From Squalus acanthias (lineage: Eukaryota), in the NCBI GenBank assembly GCA_030390025.1, contig JASTWF010000343.1, positions 310,001-374,000 on the forward strand: a DNA stretch of 64,000 bases. The letters run 5' to 3'. Below the pieces are notes generated by a model, which saw nothing but the letters and a program-made list of their open reading frames with translations, was not told the DNA's origin and did not search any database. How positions within the stretch are numbered: position 1 is the first letter of the stretch; every line of letters starts with the position of its first letter. The translations under genes were made by a program, and so were the position numbers. Positions 62,730-64,000 of this stretch are shown piece by piece.

Positions 62730-63476
62730 GGCCCAGAAATTGATCTCGCTCTGTTCCCGCGGGGGTAAGGCTTCCCCGCAGCCTCTCACTCCGCTTGTGC
62801 TTTTTCAGATCCAGCTCGCACGAACTTGATGTTCCAGACATCAGCTGGGCAGTGCTTGCGTATCCCACTGGCGTAGTGAATTCGTGCGAGCTGTGGGATC
62901 ACGTGACTCAGTTAGAGCCAATGGCAGCACACCATCTTCCATTCATAAGTTTCACATACGTGCTGTGAAATCTATGAATCTTACACCCCCCAAAATAACA
63001 GCTAAACCTCAATTAAATTTAAAAAAACCCATCACATTAATAAAATAAGTATAGTTAAATAAATTAACCATTTTAAATAAAAAATTAAATTTTTGAAAAA
63101 ATTAAAAATCTTTTAAAAAGTTATAAAAATAAACTTACCTGTCTTTAAAGTCTCTAAAAAGATAAAAGATATACCTGTTAAAAAAAATTCAAAAAAATAC
63201 TTAATTCACTACTTACCTTGTTAAAAGTGGGTCTTACTCCTCCTTTTTCCATTTCTAAAATCTTCCGTACTTACCTGCGCGTCCAAAGCATGAAGTGCAC
63301 AGCGTGCGCGCAGCCTGTAGTGCGCACGCGATGCACCGAGGAACCGCCCCCTTTTCAAAAGACCAATTGCCGGTTTTCAGCGCATGCGCAGGGCATGCAG
63401 AAAACCGGCAATTGGAGTGGAAATACGCGAGAGTACGCAGTGCGTACTCTCGCGTCCCGGGATCAATTTTTGGCCC
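62730..63476. mobile_element. Complete non-autonomous TIR element (MITE-like, possibly PIF/Harbinger-ISL2EU group)
   Basis: AT|GGCCCAGAAATTGATC ... GATCAATTTTTGGCCC|AT (14/16 TIR match); AT-rich core; perfect 15-bp hairpin at 63425-63455. Confidence 0.78.
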
Positions 63477-63739
63477 ATTATCTATTCTATTACTCTCTCT
63501 GGTTTAAGCTTATATTGTGGTTAATAACAGACAAACCCTGTTCTTTCCCCTGATCTGATTACAGATTCCAACCAGTCGATTCAGTGAATGGAATGTCTTA
63601 TCAGTGTTGCCATGGTGACCTGTCTGCAGTGAAATGCCTGTTTGAGTTTCTAACTCAGACTAAACTTCTCTTTCCCATAATACACATTATATCAGACATT
63701 TGATCTCAATGTATTCCAGCCATGTTATGTTAATATCTC

Positions 63740-64000
63740 TAAAATCTACAGGGAGATCAGATACACAAATCTTTAAAAGTTGGAGGATAAGTTTATAAAG
63801 TGGTTTAAAAATGTTACCCAAGGTTTTTTATAAATGGGGCGTAGAAAACAAAACCATCGGTTCGGCTGCAGTTAGAATAAGTTTTGGGAATCTTACACTA
63901 GGAAGGATGTCGGGGTCACAGAGAGGCTGCAGAATAAATTCACTGAGGTTATACCACAGATGAGAGGCTTTAGTTATCAGAGAATGATACAGCACAAAAG
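63740..64000 (+). mobile_element. Old degraded CR1 fragment
   Basis: Residual similarity to CR1 ORF2 (AGGAAGGATGT..GAGAGG.TGCAGA..ATTCAC..ATACCA..GATGAGAGGCTTTAGTTAT). Confidence 0.55.

Noticed and set aside
1..63060. Inverted repeats at both window ends as termini of one giant element
   Set aside because: The right copy is a self-contained MITE with its own two TIRs, and the left copy is diverged and runs off the window, so they are independent insertions.

Overview
Repeat-saturated vertebrate DNA, almost certainly from a cartilaginous fish (shark). This is inferred from an HE1-type V-SINE, abundant CR1 LINEs with zinc-finger/esterase ORF1, and a shark-style C2H2 zinc-finger exon. No intact multi-exon host gene is visible. 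The window holds many nested CR1 copies (two near full length), a complete but frameshifted hAT/Buster transposon inside a ~31-bp satellite, and a 1.75-kb solo LTR. It also holds the 3' half of an env-bearing endogenous retrovirus (RNase H-integrase, spliced env, PPT, LTR) whose Env looks lokiretrovirus/Mononegavirales-F-like and may carry an extra N-terminal Ig-like domain. A young Penelope element with inverted pLTRs and hammerhead motifs is inserted into the env fusion peptide. Other contents are orphan exons of kanadaptin (SLC4A1AP) and sepiapterin reductase (SPR), a C2H2-ZNF exon next to a mirror-symmetric CpG-island promoter, and several minisatellites that arose locally. All calls come from reading the sequence; no database searches were run and LINE boundaries are approximate.
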